Positions 63,333 to 64,000 of a stretch of DNA of 64,000 nt are shown here, piece by piece (positions within the stretch are counted from its first letter, which is position 1; each line of letters starts with the position of its first letter). The stretch comes from Octopus sinensis (Eukaryota): assembly GCF_006345805.1 (NCBI RefSeq), contig NC_043003.1, positions 18,104,001 through 18,168,000 of the forward strand, written 5' to 3'. A model generated the notes under the pieces. The model ran no database searches, was not told the DNA's origin, and saw only the letters and a list, made by a program, of their open reading frames with translations. The translations under genes were made by a program, and so were the position numbers.

Positions 63333-63480
63333 ATCGAAAAATATCTTAGGAACAAGAACCCAGGTTTGAAATTTCCCCAAGACACCTGATGAAGGCTGGA
63401 GGGTATATCAGCCAAAACATTGTGTTAACAACAAACAAGATGAGGACAAATATCCATTAAATGTAAATAATATAAATAAA
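63333..63480 (+). mobile_element. Penelope-like 3' end: ORF terminus overlapping a hammerhead motif
   Basis: IEKYLRNKNPGLKFPQDT* with the TGA (63387-63389) inside CTGATGA. Motif at 63382-63425 has stem I ACAC/GTGT and stem II GGCTG/CAGCC. Confidence 0.7.
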
Positions 63481-63825
63481 AGCCAGTTTCCTTGTTTCAT
63501 GACATAAACATTCCCCACCTGGACAGGATGTCGGGCCATCACATGATTACTCATTTTTGCAAGCTTAGTGAAGTGATGCATTTTGCTCAAGAACGCAATA
63601 CATCGCCCTGTCCAGGAATCGAAACGACAATCTTATGATCACAAGTCCAACAGCCTAACCACTAAACCACAAGCCTCTTTACAGATGCACATGTGCCACC
63701 CTTCAGATGTTAAAGTGATCACAGAACAACATAAAATGGAATGTTTTGCTCAAGAATATAACACGCCGCCTGGTCTGGGAATTGAAACCACAATCTTGCA
63801 ATCATGACCATGATGCCCTAACCAC

Positions 63826-64000
63826 TTAAAGGCGGCAAGCTGGCAGAAACGTTAGCACGCTGGGCGAAATGCTTAGCAGTATTTCATCTGTCTTTACGTT
63901 CTGAGTTCAAATTCCGCCGAGGTTGACTTTGCTTTTCATCCTTTCGGGGTCGATTAAATAAGTACCAGTTACGCACTGGGGTCGATGTAATCGACTTAAT
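63826..64000 (+). mobile_element. SINE family 2, truncated by the window end
   Basis: TAAAGGCGGCAAGCTGGCAGAAACGTTAGC head and core. Confidence 0.85.

Overview
Repeat-saturated eukaryotic DNA, very likely from an octopus or other coleoid cephalopod. This is an inference from the SINE/LINE families and the extreme microsatellite density. I found only one convincing host coding segment: a large first coding exon (ATG 52089, GT donor after 53441, 451 aa, disordered, with clathrin/AP2-type motifs). It tentatively resembles the N-terminus of a class II PI3-kinase, and no downstream exon could be identified in the window. The rest is intronic or intergenic and contains: at least three tRNA-derived SINE families, several copies with clean TSDs; 3' fragments of CR1-, L2- and RTE-type LINEs; a full-length dead Tc1/mariner DD37D element; hAT, piggyBac and Tigger-type MITEs; a pogo end; non-autonomous Helitrons; and a probable solo LTR. 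The most notable observations are (1) short Penelope-like elements carrying minimal hammerhead-ribozyme motifs, two of which sit antisense inside the central microsatellite of a SINE, (2) a minisatellite built from an internally deleted SINE, (3) a ~100-bp-arm fold-back hairpin upstream of the coding exon, (4) a SINE sharing its 3' tail with an L2-like LINE, and (5) a tandem duplication with a 25-bp templated insert at its junction. Almost all listed short ORFs are microsatellite or SINE artefacts. Family names come from recognition, not database searches, and repeat boundaries are approximate unless a TSD or TIR is quoted.
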